Shown: in pieces, positions 1 to 14,290 of the stretch
Layout: each line of letters begins with the position of its first letter
Numbering within the stretch: the stretch's first letter is position 1
Source of the DNA: Gnetum montanum
Taxonomy: Eukaryota > Plantae > Gnetophyta
NCBI GenBank assembly: GCA_015680685.1
Contig: MNCI01001762.1
Location: 89,993-153,992 of the forward strand
Length of the DNA stretch: 64,000 bases
Direction: 5' to 3'
Notes under the pieces: generated by a model
What the model was told of the DNA's origin: nothing
Seen by the model: only the letters and a program-made list of their open reading frames with translations
The model's database searches: none
Made by a program: the position numbers and the translations under genes

Positions 1-419
1 CGGGACAATAATATTGATCACTAAACCTGTAACAAATGAAGGGGAAATAGAGGACATCATTGGTGATAACAAAGCTCTCCACCCCTTGTTACTAGTGATG
101 AGGATGTGGCCCTAAATATATGATCAATAATTAACAATCCGAGTTCAGGAAAAGATGGCAGTTAAGGCAGGGGCTTGGACAACCATCAAGAGGATAAGAA
201 AACTGATGAATGTGGCCATGACAATTGAAGGGAAATTGATAGATATCATGATGGAGGTAGTCCTCCTTCCTCTTTGCCCTCTTCTAGTTTTGAAAAATGT
301 CGCAAAAAGAATAATCATGATGAAGGTGCACAATGGGACAATAATATTGATCACTAGGCCTATAATGAATGAAGGGGTAATAGAGGACATCATCACTGAT
401 AACAAAATAATGATGATGA

Positions 420-1450
420 TGAGCCTTTGCTGGAAACTCAAAGAATGCTTAACATTGTAGAGATAGTTAAGATCCCAACTAGGCATGTGAAAGATAGTCA
501 AATCAAGCACCTAGACATGAAAAATATCACAAGATTTGAGAGGGAATATAGCTCTGATCCACAAACACATTTACAAGCCTTTCATGATGCCTGTGCCTTG
601 TAGAATATCGATAATGATTGGTAGAAACTCAAGCTATTTCTCAGGACACATCAAGGAAGCTAAAAAATGGTAATGATCCCTGCAATTGGAATCCATCCAT
701 AGATGGCGTACCATGCTAGAACTATTTAATGATAAATACTAGACATACTCCAGAGTATCATATTTGAGAAGGTAAATCCAAGGCTAGAAATAAGGAACAC
801 ATGAACCCTTGGATGATGCATGGGTAGATATTATTTTCTCTTACCATGATGCTCTAGCCATGGTTATTCTCAGAGGGAACAACTCCACCACATCATAGAT
901 GGGCTCACAGCAGAAACTAGAAGAACCCTTGGGGTTTATTCCCAAGGGAGACTATTTGAACTAAGGCCTCATCAGATCCAAAGGATAATAGAGTAGGTAG
1001 AAAAAGAAGAAGATGATTTGTGGAAAAGAGAAAGTACATAAGAATATAATAAGAACCCTTCCATTAGGAAAAGGGAGGTCCAATTTGGTGAAAAGGAGAA
1101 ATCACCACTCAATGAGGTGGTGAATAAGAAAATTTTGCCAATTCAAAAATCTATTTATGACATTTTGGAAAAGATTAATAAACTATGGAACTCTTTGGAT
1201 GAGAAGTTCCAAATTGCTATGAAGATTGCTAAGGAATCCAAAGAGTAGAATAGTGATTATAACCATAAGAGGCAGAAAGAAGTTGAATGTGCCTACCAAA
1301 GAGGTAAGGGAGAAATTGCTACAGTATACGAAGTTGTGGAGACAAAATCTAATGATGATGTTGGGTGTGACATTTGTTAGTATGAACATCCTAAGGGATG
1401 TTTCCCTATGATGTCACACTTATAAGAGTCTGGAGTGTACACGCTGAATC
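420..1450 (+). pseudogene. gag: Decayed gag of Athila-like copy 1
   Basis: Reads RFEREYSSDPQTHLQAFHDACAL..NIDNDW*KLKLF (retrotransposon gag core) and a knuckle-like CDIC*YEHPKGCFP near 1366. Many stops and frameshifts. Confidence 0.8.
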
Positions 1451-2093
1451 CTTGACTAGCAAGAGCAAGCAACCAAATGATTTCCTTATCCTCAAGGCAA
1501 TCTAAGGCAGTTCCACTAGTAACAACAAGTTTACTATCTAAGTGGATCTCCACTAGAACTACATGAACAATACTAGTAGTGGCACCAACCATATTCATGG
1601 GGAATGGCACTGCCAAGATAGCAATACCCTTATAGGCAACTAGATCCATATAGGTACTATGTTCAATAACTTATTTCTCTATGAAGTTCTACCAGCCATG
1701 CCTCATTTCAGCATCACTATTACCCTCTAGAGTACCATTAAACTTATTCACCATCTACTTGAGGGGAACATTCATATCCATACCATCCTCTGCATCTGTC
1801 TACACATATGCCTCTACCCTTAACCTAGTTACCTCATGTTCCATCCATGTAGGAAAAAAATTCCCTCACACTTGTAGCAACAAAATTTTACGAGGGCTAT
1901 ACACTTACAATTGGCCTTCTAGCCTAGTGGTTTGAACAATTGATTTAGGAAACAACCATTTTTCTAACCCAAAAATCCTCCCAAACCCTCATAACCTAAT
2001 GTAGCTAGTCACAATGTATCTTCAACATCAACATCCTCTACATCAAACACATTCAAGGACCTTTCAAACCAAACGTCACATCAAATCTGCATT

Positions 2094-4810
2094 GTGATGT
2101 TAACTCATGCTGTCTTCAATTGGATCAAGGTTGGAAGCCTTCCCACGAAGAGATTTGATTTGGGATGTCCTCTGATTTACTTACAGATCATTGAACATGA
2201 GCCATGTAAGGCTCTTCTTGATTTTAGTTTTGGTGTCAATCTCATCTTCCATGACATGTACAATGCTTGGAACCTACCACCACTCAAGAAGAGCAATATC
2301 CATTTGGAATTGGAAGGCTAGTCAATCACTATTTTTTTGGAATTAGTGGAGGACATTGTGACTATAGTTTTTGAATGGTCTTATCTTGCTAATTTTCTGG
2401 TGATCAAGGTAGAAAACTACAAAGGTGACTTCCCCATCATTATGGGACATGCGTGGTTAAACATGGTTGATGCACGAATGGGCATTAGGGACCTCTCTTT
2501 GGAAATATCCAAGGAAAAAATTTGGATGTCTTGAGAAGAAGTGTTTTCCATGCATCGCGTACAATGATAACAAGTGTAATCGTGTGCAAAAAATCTGGTC
2601 TATTAAAAGTACATTCATTAAAGAATGCAATCAATGTATACATGAAATTAATATCCAAAGGTGTTAGTACGCAGTAGCCACAACACAAGAGGGTACCCAG
2701 TGGTTGATAGCTGACTTTGACAGCAACACACTATGCATGTAGACCTCTACAAGCCTAACATGTGCTTATGTTGAAGGCATGAATGAACTTGAACAAGTTC
2801 ATAACCAACTCTTTGATGATGAGGATGATGATACTTATTGGGGAGAGTTGGAAATTCCTAATAATTTTAAAATAGAGCCCCTAGAGTTAAAAACTCTATT
2901 AGTTGGCATGGAATATGCATTTTTAAGAAATGGTAAACTAGTTATAATCAATGCAAATCTTGCTCATGAACAAAAAGATAGGTTGTTGAAGGTGGTCAAC
3001 AAATGGCCAATAGCCTTTGCTTGGTCATATCTTGAATTGACTGGAATTGATCCAAGGATATGCTAGCATCGTATCTAGACCGATCTGGCCATGAAGCTAA
3101 GATGGCAGTTGCAGAGGTGGCTGAACCCCAAGTTGAAGTAGATCGTCAAAGAGGAAGTTGAACAACTCCTCAAGGTGGGGTTCATCTATTCCATCACTAA
3201 TAGTAAGTGGGTTAACCCACTCATAATTTTGCTAAAGAAAGATGGTAAGTGGTAGGTCTACATTAGCTTTTTAAGCTATTAAATATGATAACATTTAAGG
3301 ATCACTTCTCATTACTATTTGTGGACCAAGTGTTGGATGCTATATCCGAGCATTGCTATTATAGCTTCTTGGATGGTTATAGTGGCTATAACCAAATCCA
3401 GATCATGCCAAAAGTTTAGCCCAAAACAAAATTGACGAGTCCTTGTGGAACTTTTGCATATTGTAAGATGTTGTTTGATCTATGCAATGCCCCTACAACA
3501 TTTCAAGCTTAATCCTTAGTATTTTTCAATAGCAAACTGGTAGCGGGGTAGAAGTCTTTATGGATGACTTCTCTACCAATGGGGCTACAATTGAGTAAGC
3601 CCTAGATCACCTTGAGCAGGTATTGAAAAGATGTGTTGTAACAAACCTTAGGCTCAATTAGCAAAAAAGTCATTTCATTTTCTAGGAAGGCATAGTACTA
3701 GGGCACAAAATTACTTAGGCAAGGATTGAGGTAGATCCATAAAAGATAAGGATCATCCAAGGAATAACACACCAACCAGAGATAGTTAAAGATGTTTAAT
3801 CATTCCTTGGACACACTAGTTACTGCTGGCGATTCATAGAGAATTTCTCTAAGATCGCAAAGCTGTTGGTTGAGCTTACAAAGAAAGATGCTCCATTCAT
3901 CTGGACCAAGAAGTGTGAACATGCATTCCAACTACTAAAGAAAAAACTTGTAGAAAATTTAATTCTACGAGCATTGGACTGGTTTAGACAATTTCATATA
4001 ATGATAGATGCATCTAATTATGCCTTGGAAGCCATGCTTATATAATTGGCCGAGAAGAAACATCCATATTACATCCACTACACAAGCTAAAGCATTGTAG
4101 GTGGATAGTTAAATTACATCACAATTGAGAAAGAACAAATGGCAGTTGTGTATGCTCTCAAAAATTTTAGGCACTCTGTGCTTAGCTATAAAGTGTTTGT
4201 GAACACATATCATAGTTCCATATGCTTCCTAATGAATAAGATAATAGTGAGTCCCTGTATCATGTGGTGTGGCTCATGATCTTGCAGAAACTTGATCTCA
4301 CAATGGTAGATCAAAAAGGAACTTAGAATGTGATCACTAACCACCTCTTTTTGTTAAGATGGGATAACAAGAGGAGGAGAGTTTGCTTTTTAATCAATTT
4401 TCAGATAAACTCCTCTTTACAGGAGCAATAAATGACCAAGTTGCCACTAAAGAAAAATGATATGATGGCATCCTCACTTACATTCTCACTTAGGAGATGC
4501 CACAAGATATAGACCATAGGAAGAAATAACAGTTTCTTCATCAAGAAAAGTACTTCATGGAGATAAATGAACACCTTTACAAGGTATGCACCAATGGCCT
4601 AGTTTGTTGGTGTGTCCCTGATGTGGATCAATTGCATGTTCTCTAAGATGTTCATGAAGGCCCTTGTAGAGGCCACTATGCAAGGAGATGCACGACCATA
4701 AAGATCCTGATGGTAGGATACTATTGGCCCACAATCTTCAAGGATGCCCATCAATTTGTCGGATCCTATGAGTACTATTAGAAAGATGGTGGGATGACTG
4801 CATGAATGAA
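2094..4810 (+). pseudogene. pol: Decayed pol (protease-RT-RNase H-integrase N-terminus) of Athila-like copy 1
   Basis: Protease ALLDFSFGVNLI..PIIMGHAWL; AFAWSYLELTGIDPRIC; RT QRWLNPKLK*IVKEEVEQLLKVGFIY and EVFMDDFS near 3551; RNase H IDASNYALEA..NYITIEKEQMAVVYAL; integrase VHEGPCRGHY..GYYWPTIFKDAH. Confidence 0.9.
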
Positions 4811-4894
4811 GATCTTAGAGAGGGTAATAGGCTACAAGGGTTCCATGGTGGGAGACTCCAAGAAGCTAAGTTTTGAAACTGTTGCAAGAGCTTG

Positions 4895-5570
4895 GATGCT
4901 CTTTTCTCTGAGTACTCACATCATGGATTGAATTGATTGTATAGAATTCTATTCAAATGCAAGGTTCACCTAGATACTTTTGCATGAACGACAAGAAAAT
5001 CAGGATTGATTCCTTTCATTATAGTACAAGATTAGCATTTAACTTACTTTCCAACACTTTACTTTTTATGCACTTTACTTTCAAGTACTTAAGAAATTAA
5101 TATTTTATTTTGTTGTAACATGAGTATGAACACTTTGAGCATAATGTATTAATGCTTAGTAATCCCAATAGTAAATACTTGGTACCCCCAATACTAAATT
5201 CTTTCTAAGCTAGCATCATTAGTATATGTTCAAGATGTGTACAAAACATGGGAATGTATGCTTTACATTTAGGATAGTTTAGTTAATTAATTAGCTAATT
5301 TAAATAATTGACCATTCCTTTATTTAATCATTTTTTAGACAAAGAAGATAATAAAAATTATAAAAATAAATATCTTACACCTTAGTTACACTTAACCAGA
5401 CAAATGAATTAACACAAGTGATGATGGAAAAGATAGACTAGTAGTCATATCTTTTACCATCTAAGAATATAGGCCACTTAGGTAAAACATAGTCCATAAA
5501 CTTTGACTAGATCACATGTACACACTAGTGATTTATATGGTTGGGCATAGGAAATATCCATTATTCATTA
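4895..5570 (+). repeat. 3' LTR (3' portion only) of Athila-like copy 1
   Basis: Ends ..ATATGGTTGGGCATAGGAAATATCCATTATTCATTA, homologous to the LTR end at 7504-7543. Confidence 0.75.
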
Positions 5571-6685
5571 AGTATGTAACTTATGATTTTTAAATCATAG
5601 GTTCGATTCTAATAAGTATATTGATTTGATATACCATGGTGTTTAATAAAAACATTATGAATGTTAATGTTGGCTATATGTCTTGGGGGTGCATATAGTT
5701 ATTTAGTTCTGGTTCAATAATGAGATGTTAACCTAGTGGTAAGAATCTTTTAAACTTTAAGTTATAGGCTTAATTCTAGTGGGCAAGGTTGAGTTATATA
5801 GTTAATTCAACTATATGTTTTAGGTGTTAACATTGTTAAAACAAAAGTTTTGGGTTTCAACACCTTCCATCCCCATTTAGATATGGTTCTAATCTTCCTC
5901 TCCCTCAAAAGTAGTTATGCATTTTGATATTAACAAAACTATGCTTTAAGATTCTCATGTTTGTAACATGTAGATGTTTAACTTATGAAGTAGCTATAAG
6001 AGTGGAAGGTAAGACAAGATGTTAGATTATTATTAACTAAATGTATCAATTAAGAAAAGAATAAAAAATGATCATCACTTGGAGCCTCAATACTCATCTT
6101 GTCAGCGAGTGTTTCGAGATGGTTGATAGATGAGCAAAAGCCTAACATCTTTGAATGACTATGTTCAGGCTCAAAACAATTTAACTATAAACATTATGAT
6201 TATATATTTTTTGGGGACGTCCTAAGTGTACTTGATTTGATAGCCTTTTGCTTACAAATCCTTCTTAAATAATATAGTAATTGGAACTTAAAAAGAATTT
6301 TTTAACAATATTTACCCCTAAGACATATATCCTAATGAGAATTTTATAATTTAGCATTGCCCACCAAAATTGAAATAATAACTTAGAGTTTTCAAATCAA
6401 GAGTTTCTAGAAAGTCTACATTTTTTTCTTTGTTGGATAGTTTGGATAAGAATGTAGCTATTAAAGATTTTCATAATGATTTTCTTGATTTTTCTTAGAT
6501 TAATGGACATCATGTTTTTTCATATTGGCTCAAGATTTTTTATAATTTTATTAGTTCTAATACTAATATTTAACCAATATTTAAATATCTTTGGAGGTTA
6601 ATAATAATGTGTAGTTATGGAAGTAGCGAATTCAGAAGATATGGAATGTCACTACTTTAATAATTAGATATTTTTTGTGGTACTT

Positions 6686-7543
6686 TAATGAATCATGAAT
6701 TAAATAGGCTATGTTGATGGGCATGCATTGATGTAACCCCATAGATGTAGTCTTATTGATGCATGCTAGGATGCATTGACACAGATGCATCGATGCTAAT
6801 GTAGGCAATGTCTATATAAGTGCACTTACCATGCATATTTATGACACTTAGAAATCATAGCCTAGCCAAGTTCTTGTAGTTTCACCTTCCTAGAGTTAGA
6901 ATATTTTTCCTTTAAGTGCCTGCAATGTACTTAAGTGCATTGGCATGAACAACAATAAAGTCAAGATTTCCTACATTCATTGCAGCCCTTAGAATAGTTT
7001 ACCCTTTACATTTGGCATTTTACTTTTTATGCAATTTACATTTATGATTTTAATTAATTAATGCAAATAATCATAAATACATTAGTACAATTACTTCAAA
7101 CATAACATATTATGCTTGATGATTCGAGTAGTGGATATTTGGTACACCCAGTAATAGCCACTTGGTAACCTAGTAGCATTAATATGAGTTCATAATATGT
7201 ATAAAAAGTGGGAATGGTTACTTTATGTTAGGATAGTTAATGACTAGATTAGCTAATTAGTTAGATCATTAATTGTTAAATATTCATCCACTTATCTAGC
7301 CATTAGGATAAAAATATATTAAAAATACTTATAAAAATAGATATCATGTGCCTTAACCCATATTTAACCATATGCACTGATAACACACAAGTGTGCGTTA
7401 GGAAGACAACAATCATACAAGTTCACAATTCACTCTTTAGGACTAGGAAAACTTTGAAGACTAAGTCTACAAAATTAGACTAGATCACTAGTGCATGCTT
7501 GTAATTCATATGGTTGGGCGTAGGAGACACTCGTCACTCATCA
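6686..7543 (+). repeat. 5' LTR of Athila-like copy 2
   Basis: Starts TAATGAATCATG (decayed TGATGAATCATG, compare the terminus at 33175 on the minus strand), ends CACTCATCA, has a TATA-like CTATATAAG near 6812, and is followed by a PBS. Confidence 0.8.
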
Positions 7544-7544
7544 T

Positions 7545-7562
7545 TGGTGCAGTTGTTGGGGA
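7545..7562 (+). promoter_or_regulatory. Primer binding site, tRNA-Asp type (Athila)
   Basis: TGGTGCAGTTGTTGGGGA directly after the LTR, a decayed form of the Athila PBS TGGCGCCGTTGCCGGGGA. Confidence 0.8.
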
Positions 7563-8579
7563 CTTAGTTTAGCTAAGTGCACTGATAATAGATTGTGAAT
7601 TTATATAAAGTTGTTGTAAAGATAAAAATAAAAATGACTCACTCTTATTCAAAAATGAAAAATAATTATGAAATTAAAATATCAAAGGCATACTGATTAT
7701 ATACACAACTAACAAGACTTCTTTTTATAGGAACAAGTCTCCACCACACACAGGTGAATCGAATCAATGACAAGAGGTACCAAAGAAGCCCTAATAATTT
7801 AGAGTTATCTATGTTCATCTCGATCCTTATAATTGAAATTTCACTCTTATCCTTTATCAAGATGAACCTATGTGCTAGAGGACATGGAAGATAACACTAT
7901 TTTACCTCATGATCGATATATTCCCTTCATGTTGATGGCCAACCTCATCAGATTAGGCATTGTAGTACTCAATGCACAATATGAGGTCTTAGAGCATACC
8001 TATATGGACTATTAGCATATAGATATCCAACATAAGAAATATTGGCACATGGAAGCATGCTATAAGACCTCTAAGGGCAAAAAGATCCCAACATAATTAT
8101 TCTTACAGTAACATAGAGAGTATGAGGATTTTTTTGGACAATCCCAATATGCAAATTCTCCTCCTTTCTTTGAGGAGAACATCCTTCACCAATGGTTACA
8201 ATCAAATTTGGAAAACCTTGGTGAAGGAAAGACAAAGTCTTAGAACCAAGAAATCTCAAAGGATGGAAATTCTAGTCATTCATCTAACGACAAGAAGAAT
8301 GATAAGGAAAATAAAAAAGAGAAATAAAAGAATCATTCTCCTAGTCCTTGTTTCTTATCTTTGTTATCAAACTTTGATAAGAGGAGCCATGGTCAAGATA
8401 AAAGGAGACATTGTCAAGATCAGGATGGAGATTATAGGAGATCCCATTATGATGATAGGAGCCAAGATCAGAGACAACCACAAGAGGAAGAAGAACACCA
8501 CTAGGAATGAAGGCACGTCAGACACATCATAGGCATCATGGCCATGAAAGGGGTCATGGTAAATGATATGACTATGATG

Positions 8580-10736
8580 AGCCTCTACTAGCTACTAGAA
8601 ACATGCTCAATATTTCAGAGGTAGTGAGAATTCCTACAAGGCATCAAAAAGATAGTTGGATTAAGAGGATGTATATGAATAATATCCCTATGCTTGAAGG
8701 AGATATAATGCAAATCCATAAAATCATCTATAGTTTTTTCATGATGCATGTACCTTGAAGAGCATAGAAAATGAATGTTAGAAACTTAAATTATTCCCAA
8801 GAATATTCATTAAATAAGCAAAAAGCTAGTACCGATTCTTGGAATTAGAATCTATTCATTGATGAAGTACCATGTTGGAACTATTCAATGACAAATACCA
8901 AACGTACTTCAAAATGTATAAATTCTAGAGGTGGATCCAAGGATAGAAAGAAGAAAATGATGAGTCCTTGGATGTGGTCCTAGATAGGTAATACTCTCTA
9001 TTGCACTGGTGCCTAGGCCATGGATACTCTTAAAGAGAACAACTTCTCCACATCATAGATCGACTTTGGAATATGACTAATGAAATCCTTGGGGTCTATG
9101 CTCAAGGAAGACTCTTTGAAATATGGACCCATTAGATTTAGAGGCTGATAGACCAGGTGGTCAAAGAAGAGAAGTTAAAAAAGTGTAAGATTGTAGAGAA
9201 GTATAACAAGGATCTCTCCATTCATAAAAGGAAGGTGTGTTTTTATGATTAGAGCATGCCTTGATGAAGTGGTGTAGAGGAAGATCTTGCCAATACAAAA
9301 ATGCCACTAAAATATTAGCTAAGGTTGATAAAATGTGGGACTCCTTGGATGAAAAGTTTAAAATAGCTCTTAAAATTATAGAAGGAAGACTAGAGCAAGA
9401 GGATAGTGGTTAATATAGAAGGAAAAAGAAGAATGCAAGAAGAAGTTACTATAAAAAAAGGGTAAAGCTACAACAGTCGAAGAGGTTGTAGATTCCAAAA
9501 TAGATTATGACAGTTGTGACATCTATCATTATGAACATCTCAAGGGATATTTCCCTATTGTGTCACATTTGTAAGACTCTAGGGCATATGCTGTAAACCT
9601 AAATCTAGCAAAGAGATAGCCACCTAGGTATTTGCCTTATCCACAAGGCAACTATAGTTAGTAGTTCCATCAAATAACATATTATTCGAGTGGAGAAACT
9701 TCTTAACTACATTAGCAATACCAGTAATGGCAAAATGCATAGTCATGTAGGATGCCACCATCATAGCAGTAGTATCCTTATAGGTAGCTAGATCCTTATG
9801 GATATTATGTACAACAAGTTGTATCTCCTCATGACTCATCTAGGCATGTCTACTTTTCTCATCACTACTATCCTTTAGAATATTATAGAGTAACTTCTCA
9901 AAGAAGTGAGTTTCCTTTTTCTTTTCTTTCTCCATATCCCTCAACAACCCCTACATCATTAACCATCACATTATTGCCACCTACTTCACTTATGCAGGAA
10001 GAAATTCTAACATACCCACAACATCAAAATTCTGTGAGGGTAGTAAACTTACTATCAAACATTTGTTCGAGTGATTCTAAATAGAAACCTCATCAGAGGG
10101 AATTCTTTAGAAAAAACAACCATAAAAAAAATACTTGTAGACACCCATGGCTATTAACCATGCTTCATCTACCTCTCAAAGTACCGTTGAGTGGCCTTCA
10201 CACCAAAAGTTCTTGAGTGTCCACATCATCATGTTGATCCACATGGTCACCAATTGGATAAAAGTTGGACACCTTCCTAGGAAATGATCTAATCTTGGAA
10301 GTCCCCTTATCTATTTATAGATTGCAAGAAAGGATCCATCTATGGCTCTATTAGATTCAAGTTCTAAAATGAACTTAATCTCAAAAGAAATGTACAAGAC
10401 CTAGAACCTACCTTCTCTTAAAAAGAGCAACATCAAACTAGAACTTGTAGATTAGCCCATCACTATTTATTTGGGGTAGTTGAGGACATTGTAACCACTA
10501 TGTGTGGATGGTCATATCTTGTAGATTCCCTTGTAATCCACATGGATAATTGTAAGGACTTTCCCATCATTATGGGGAGGGCTTGGCTAAGTACCATAGA
10601 TGCCAATATGGGGAGTAGAGACCTTTCCTTGGAAATATTCAAGGAAAATTAATTTGATAAAGTGGAGGAGAAGAGGATTCCATGCATCACATACAATGAG
10701 ATAGGGTGTCATTACGTATAGAAAATATGAATAGTC
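8580..10736 (+). pseudogene. gag: Decayed gag-protease of Athila-like copy 2, cut at 10736 by a CRM-like insertion
   Basis: Homologous to 420-2600: FFHDACTLKSIENEC*KLKLFPR, knuckle-like CDIYHYEHLKG, protease ALLDSSSKMNLI..PIIMGRAWL. Confidence 0.85.
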
Positions 10737-11540
10737 TGATGAGGACATCAGCAAACCCATCTTTAAACCTCGATATGTTTATGCATAAATATTTATGTGT
10801 TATTGTGTTTATCTTTCAATGTTGTTTTGTTGATGATGATCTCAAGGTATTTGACATGTTTAGAAGTGTCTTGGGCCTATTTTGATGACTTTAGGGTGTT
10901 TCAACAGCTACAGGGACTTGTTTGGAGGTGATCGGATGTTCCAGGCCTCAAAACAAGCATCTTTGTATTTTGGCCTTGTAGAGGAGATGTCTCATCTACA
11001 AAGGAGACCTCTCATTTGCAAGTGAGATATCTTATCTACATTGTAGATTTCTTTGCTAAGACATCCCCCATGATTTGAAGGGATCTAATCTATGACCTTT
11101 ACACTTAGGAGAGACATCTCCTATTTCTTGAAGACATCTCCCATGGATTTTAATGAACATTAAATTGAATGATAAATTAGAGGGAATATGAAGAGATAAG
11201 GGGAAAAGGTATAAATAGACCTCTTGGACCTTCAATTTAAATCTAGAGAGAGTTTGAAGAGAGATTGAAGAGAGTCTAGGGAGTTGAGAAAAGAGTAGAG
11301 AGAGATTGAGTCTTGGCAAGGTGCCTTGATGATCATCCTTGTGTATGTGTAATTGCTTTGATTGAGTGTGTGAGAGTTGGATTAAATCTCTTGTCTATCC
11401 TTGGGAATTGTGCTTCCTTTTAGTTGTAATTTCTCAATTTGAGAAAGAATAAAGCTTTCAGTTTCCTTTTTCTTATTCAATTTGCAATTTTTATGACTTT
11501 CAAAGAGCTTGGATGTGGAATCCATGGGAGCTCCTCATCA
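10737..11540 (+). repeat. 5' LTR of CRM-like chromovirus copy 1
   Basis: Perfect 9-bp terminal inverted repeat TGATGAGGA..TCCTCATCA, TATAAATAG near 11210, PBS follows. Confidence 0.9.
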
Positions 11541-11543
11541 TAT

Positions 11544-11554
11544 TGGTATTAGAG
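11544..11554 (+). promoter_or_regulatory. Primer binding site, tRNA-iMet type
   Basis: TGGTATTAGAG (canonical TGGTATCAGAG) 3 nt after the LTR. Confidence 0.85.
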
Positions 11555-11899
11555 TAGCTTGGAATTGAAGAAAATTGCATTCAAGTAGATAATTATCATC
11601 TCAATTACAAAGAATCAATCCAAATTCTCAAGCTTGGATGACTTTTTTCTTGCTACTTGTTCTACTCATCCTAGGATTTGAAAATTTCCCTTTGATTCCT
11701 AAGTTTGCCATATCTTTTAAGAATTAGAAGATAATTGTGGAATTAAAGATCCATTGGCTTGTAATAGCTAGGATTTGAAGATCTTATGCTTATTTCTCTT
11801 AAGATCAGAAAAAATTCTTATCTCATTCTTTGAGAAATCTTGAACATTTCACATTTCCTTGTAGAATTTTATGAAAATTTCCCTTTTAGATCAATTTCC

Positions 11900-14290
11900 A
11901 TGATGAATCCAAAGAGGAAGATAGTTCAAGCTTTGTTAAGAGACATGGATGACATGAGAAATTCTCTTAAGCTTATTGTTGAGAAAATTAAAAAGCTTGG
12001 AGAGAACAAAGGAACTACTTCTTCACCAAAAGCATCCAAGCAAGGGTACAAGTCATGTAATTCTTCACCAAGACCTTCTTCAAGACATTCATCAATTCCA
12101 TCCCTTGAAGATGATATTCCTTTTAAGGATGAATACTTTGGAGAAGGAGAAGCCCAAGATGATGTATTTCTTCATGATTATAGTGTTGAAAATAAGTCTC
12201 AAGGCTTCATTTTTCCTAGGAAAAGGAAAAAGGAACTTCCTTCTAAGCCTCGAAGGAAGCAAGGTGAAGGAATTGAAGTCACTTTTGCAAAAGGTTTCAG
12301 GCATGCTTCAAGGATACCTCATGTTGAATTCAAATCCTTCAATGACATGGAAGGAACTGAATATTTTCTCTCTTGGCTAAAAATGATTAACAAGTACTTT
12401 GAACTTGAAGATTTGGAGAATTATCAAAAGATGTCTTTTGTTGAAACAAAATTGAAAGATATAGCACTTGTATGGTGGGAAAATGAAAGTCATTCTTACA
12501 AGGTGAATAATGACACTCCTATCAAGGATTTCTCTTTAATGTAGTTCATGCTCAAGCAAAAAATTGAGAAGACTCATCATAGATAAGAGGCCATCCAAAA
12601 ATTATAGTAGCTAAGGCAACCTGATAAGAGTGTGAAGGATTACTACATGGATTTTTGTAGGTCTTTCCATCTTGCAAAAGTTCTTTGGGATGATTATGAA
12701 TAAGCATCTAGCTTTCAAGGAGGACTTAAAAGGAAGTATCAATAAGAGCTAACCTTCTATGAGCCCTAAACATTGGATGAGGCTTTTAAACTAGCTCTTA
12801 AGGCTAAGCAGAAACTCCAAGGATATAATAGACATCCCAAAATTTCTAAAGCCAAGGACTCCAAAGATGAGAAAGGAGCTAAGGAGAAGAGAAATGCCAA
12901 AGAAGACACAAAGGAGAAGTAAGAGAAGTTCAAGGAGGACTAAGATTCCAAAAAAGATTACTCCAAGAATGAAAGGGTCAAGAAAATAGCTACACATCTA
13001 GACTTCAGTGGTTCAATTGTAATGAAAAGGAACACAGAAAATGGAAGTGCAAAACACCAAAGATCTCCAAAGGCAAGGAACTTCAGATCTTAGAAAAGCA
13101 AAAATCCTCCAATGAAGGTAATCCTCATGCACCAATGATTGAAGATATCACTGAAATTAATTCTTACACTTTTATGCAAAATGTTAATGCCAATGTAGAT
13201 CCTAGAAGAAAGATGCTCTTTAGGATTGGAGCTAGGTGTCTATATAGTGCTGAATGGATACAAATTTTAATTGATAGGGGAGCTCAAGAAAATGTGGTTT
13301 CTTCAAAAGTTGTTTCTAAGCTAGGTTTGAAGACATTTCCACATCCTAGGCCCTATAGAGTCCATTGGATATCTAAGGATCATTTTCAAGAAGTTAAGGA
13401 GAGGTGTATTTTATATTTTAGAATTGGTTCTTTTAAAGACAAGGTAAATTGTGACATCCTCCCTATTAATTATGCTATTGTTATTTTGGAAAGACATTGG
13501 AATTTTGACAACAAGGCTTCTTTTAGTGGTTCAAGAAATGTTTGGTCTATTCCAAGAGAAGATGGAATACATGAACTCATACCTATGTCTTGCCAGTAAT
13601 GTAAGGAAAATATCCTTATTAATGCTTCATTGATCTTATCTGGTGAGCAAGAGTACCTACAAGCACATGAAGAGGTTGGGAATGGTTTTTTCATCATGTC
13701 AACACTTGCAAAAAGTGAAGAGGAGCATAAAATGAACTTCCTCTAGCAATGCAACTTTTGGCATTGGAATTTGCTGATGTTTTCAAGGGAAAATTGGAAG
13801 GTTTTCCACCAATGAGATCCATCCAACATCAAATAGATTTCATTCTTGAAGCTATAATTCCAAATGAAAGAGCCTACTGTATGACTCCAAATTAGAGGGA
13901 AGAATTGAGTAAGCAAGTGAATTACTATCTAATAGTTTTATTATGGAATCCATCTCTCCTTGTGTCATTCCAGCTGTGTTAGTTCCCAAGAAGGACATTG
14001 ATGAATTAAGGATGTGCATAGATTCTAGGGCTATTAATAGGATTACTATGAAGTATAGATTTCCTATTCCTAGGATGGATGACATTCCTAATGTGCTTAA
14101 AAATGCTGAGATTCTTTCTAAAATTGATTTAAAAAAGTGGTTATCATCAAATAAGGATTAAACTAGGAGATGAATGGAAAATAGCCTTTAAAACACTAGA
14201 TGGCTTATATGAGCGGTTAGTCATGTATTTTGGGCTAACTAACACATTTATGAGGCTCATGCATGAAGTCCTAAAGGATTTTATTGGTTA
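11900..14290 (+). pseudogene. gag-pol: Decayed gag-protease-RT (N-half) of CRM-like copy 1
   Basis: Gag LSWLKMINKYFE..KLKDIALVWWE; knuckle remnant WFNCNEKEHRKWKC near 13010; protease LIDRGAQENVVS..PHPRPYRVHWI (CRM-typical); RT SPCVIPAVLVPKK..RMCIDSRAINRITMKYRFPIPRMDD. Confidence 0.88.

Larger units (their letters stand above)
1..5570 (+). mobile_element. Athila-like Ty3/Gypsy LTR retrotransposon copy 1 (5' end outside window, internal deletion from mid-integrase to the 3' LTR)
   Basis: Decayed gag, protease, RT, RNase H and integrase N-terminus in Gypsy order, followed by a partial LTR homologous to 6686-7543 and 32278-33175. Confidence 0.85.

Noticed and set aside
145-510. Hydrophobic 121-aa membrane or env-like protein
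   Set aside because: It is the antisense reading of a purine-rich gag N-terminal region; the hydrophobicity is compositional.
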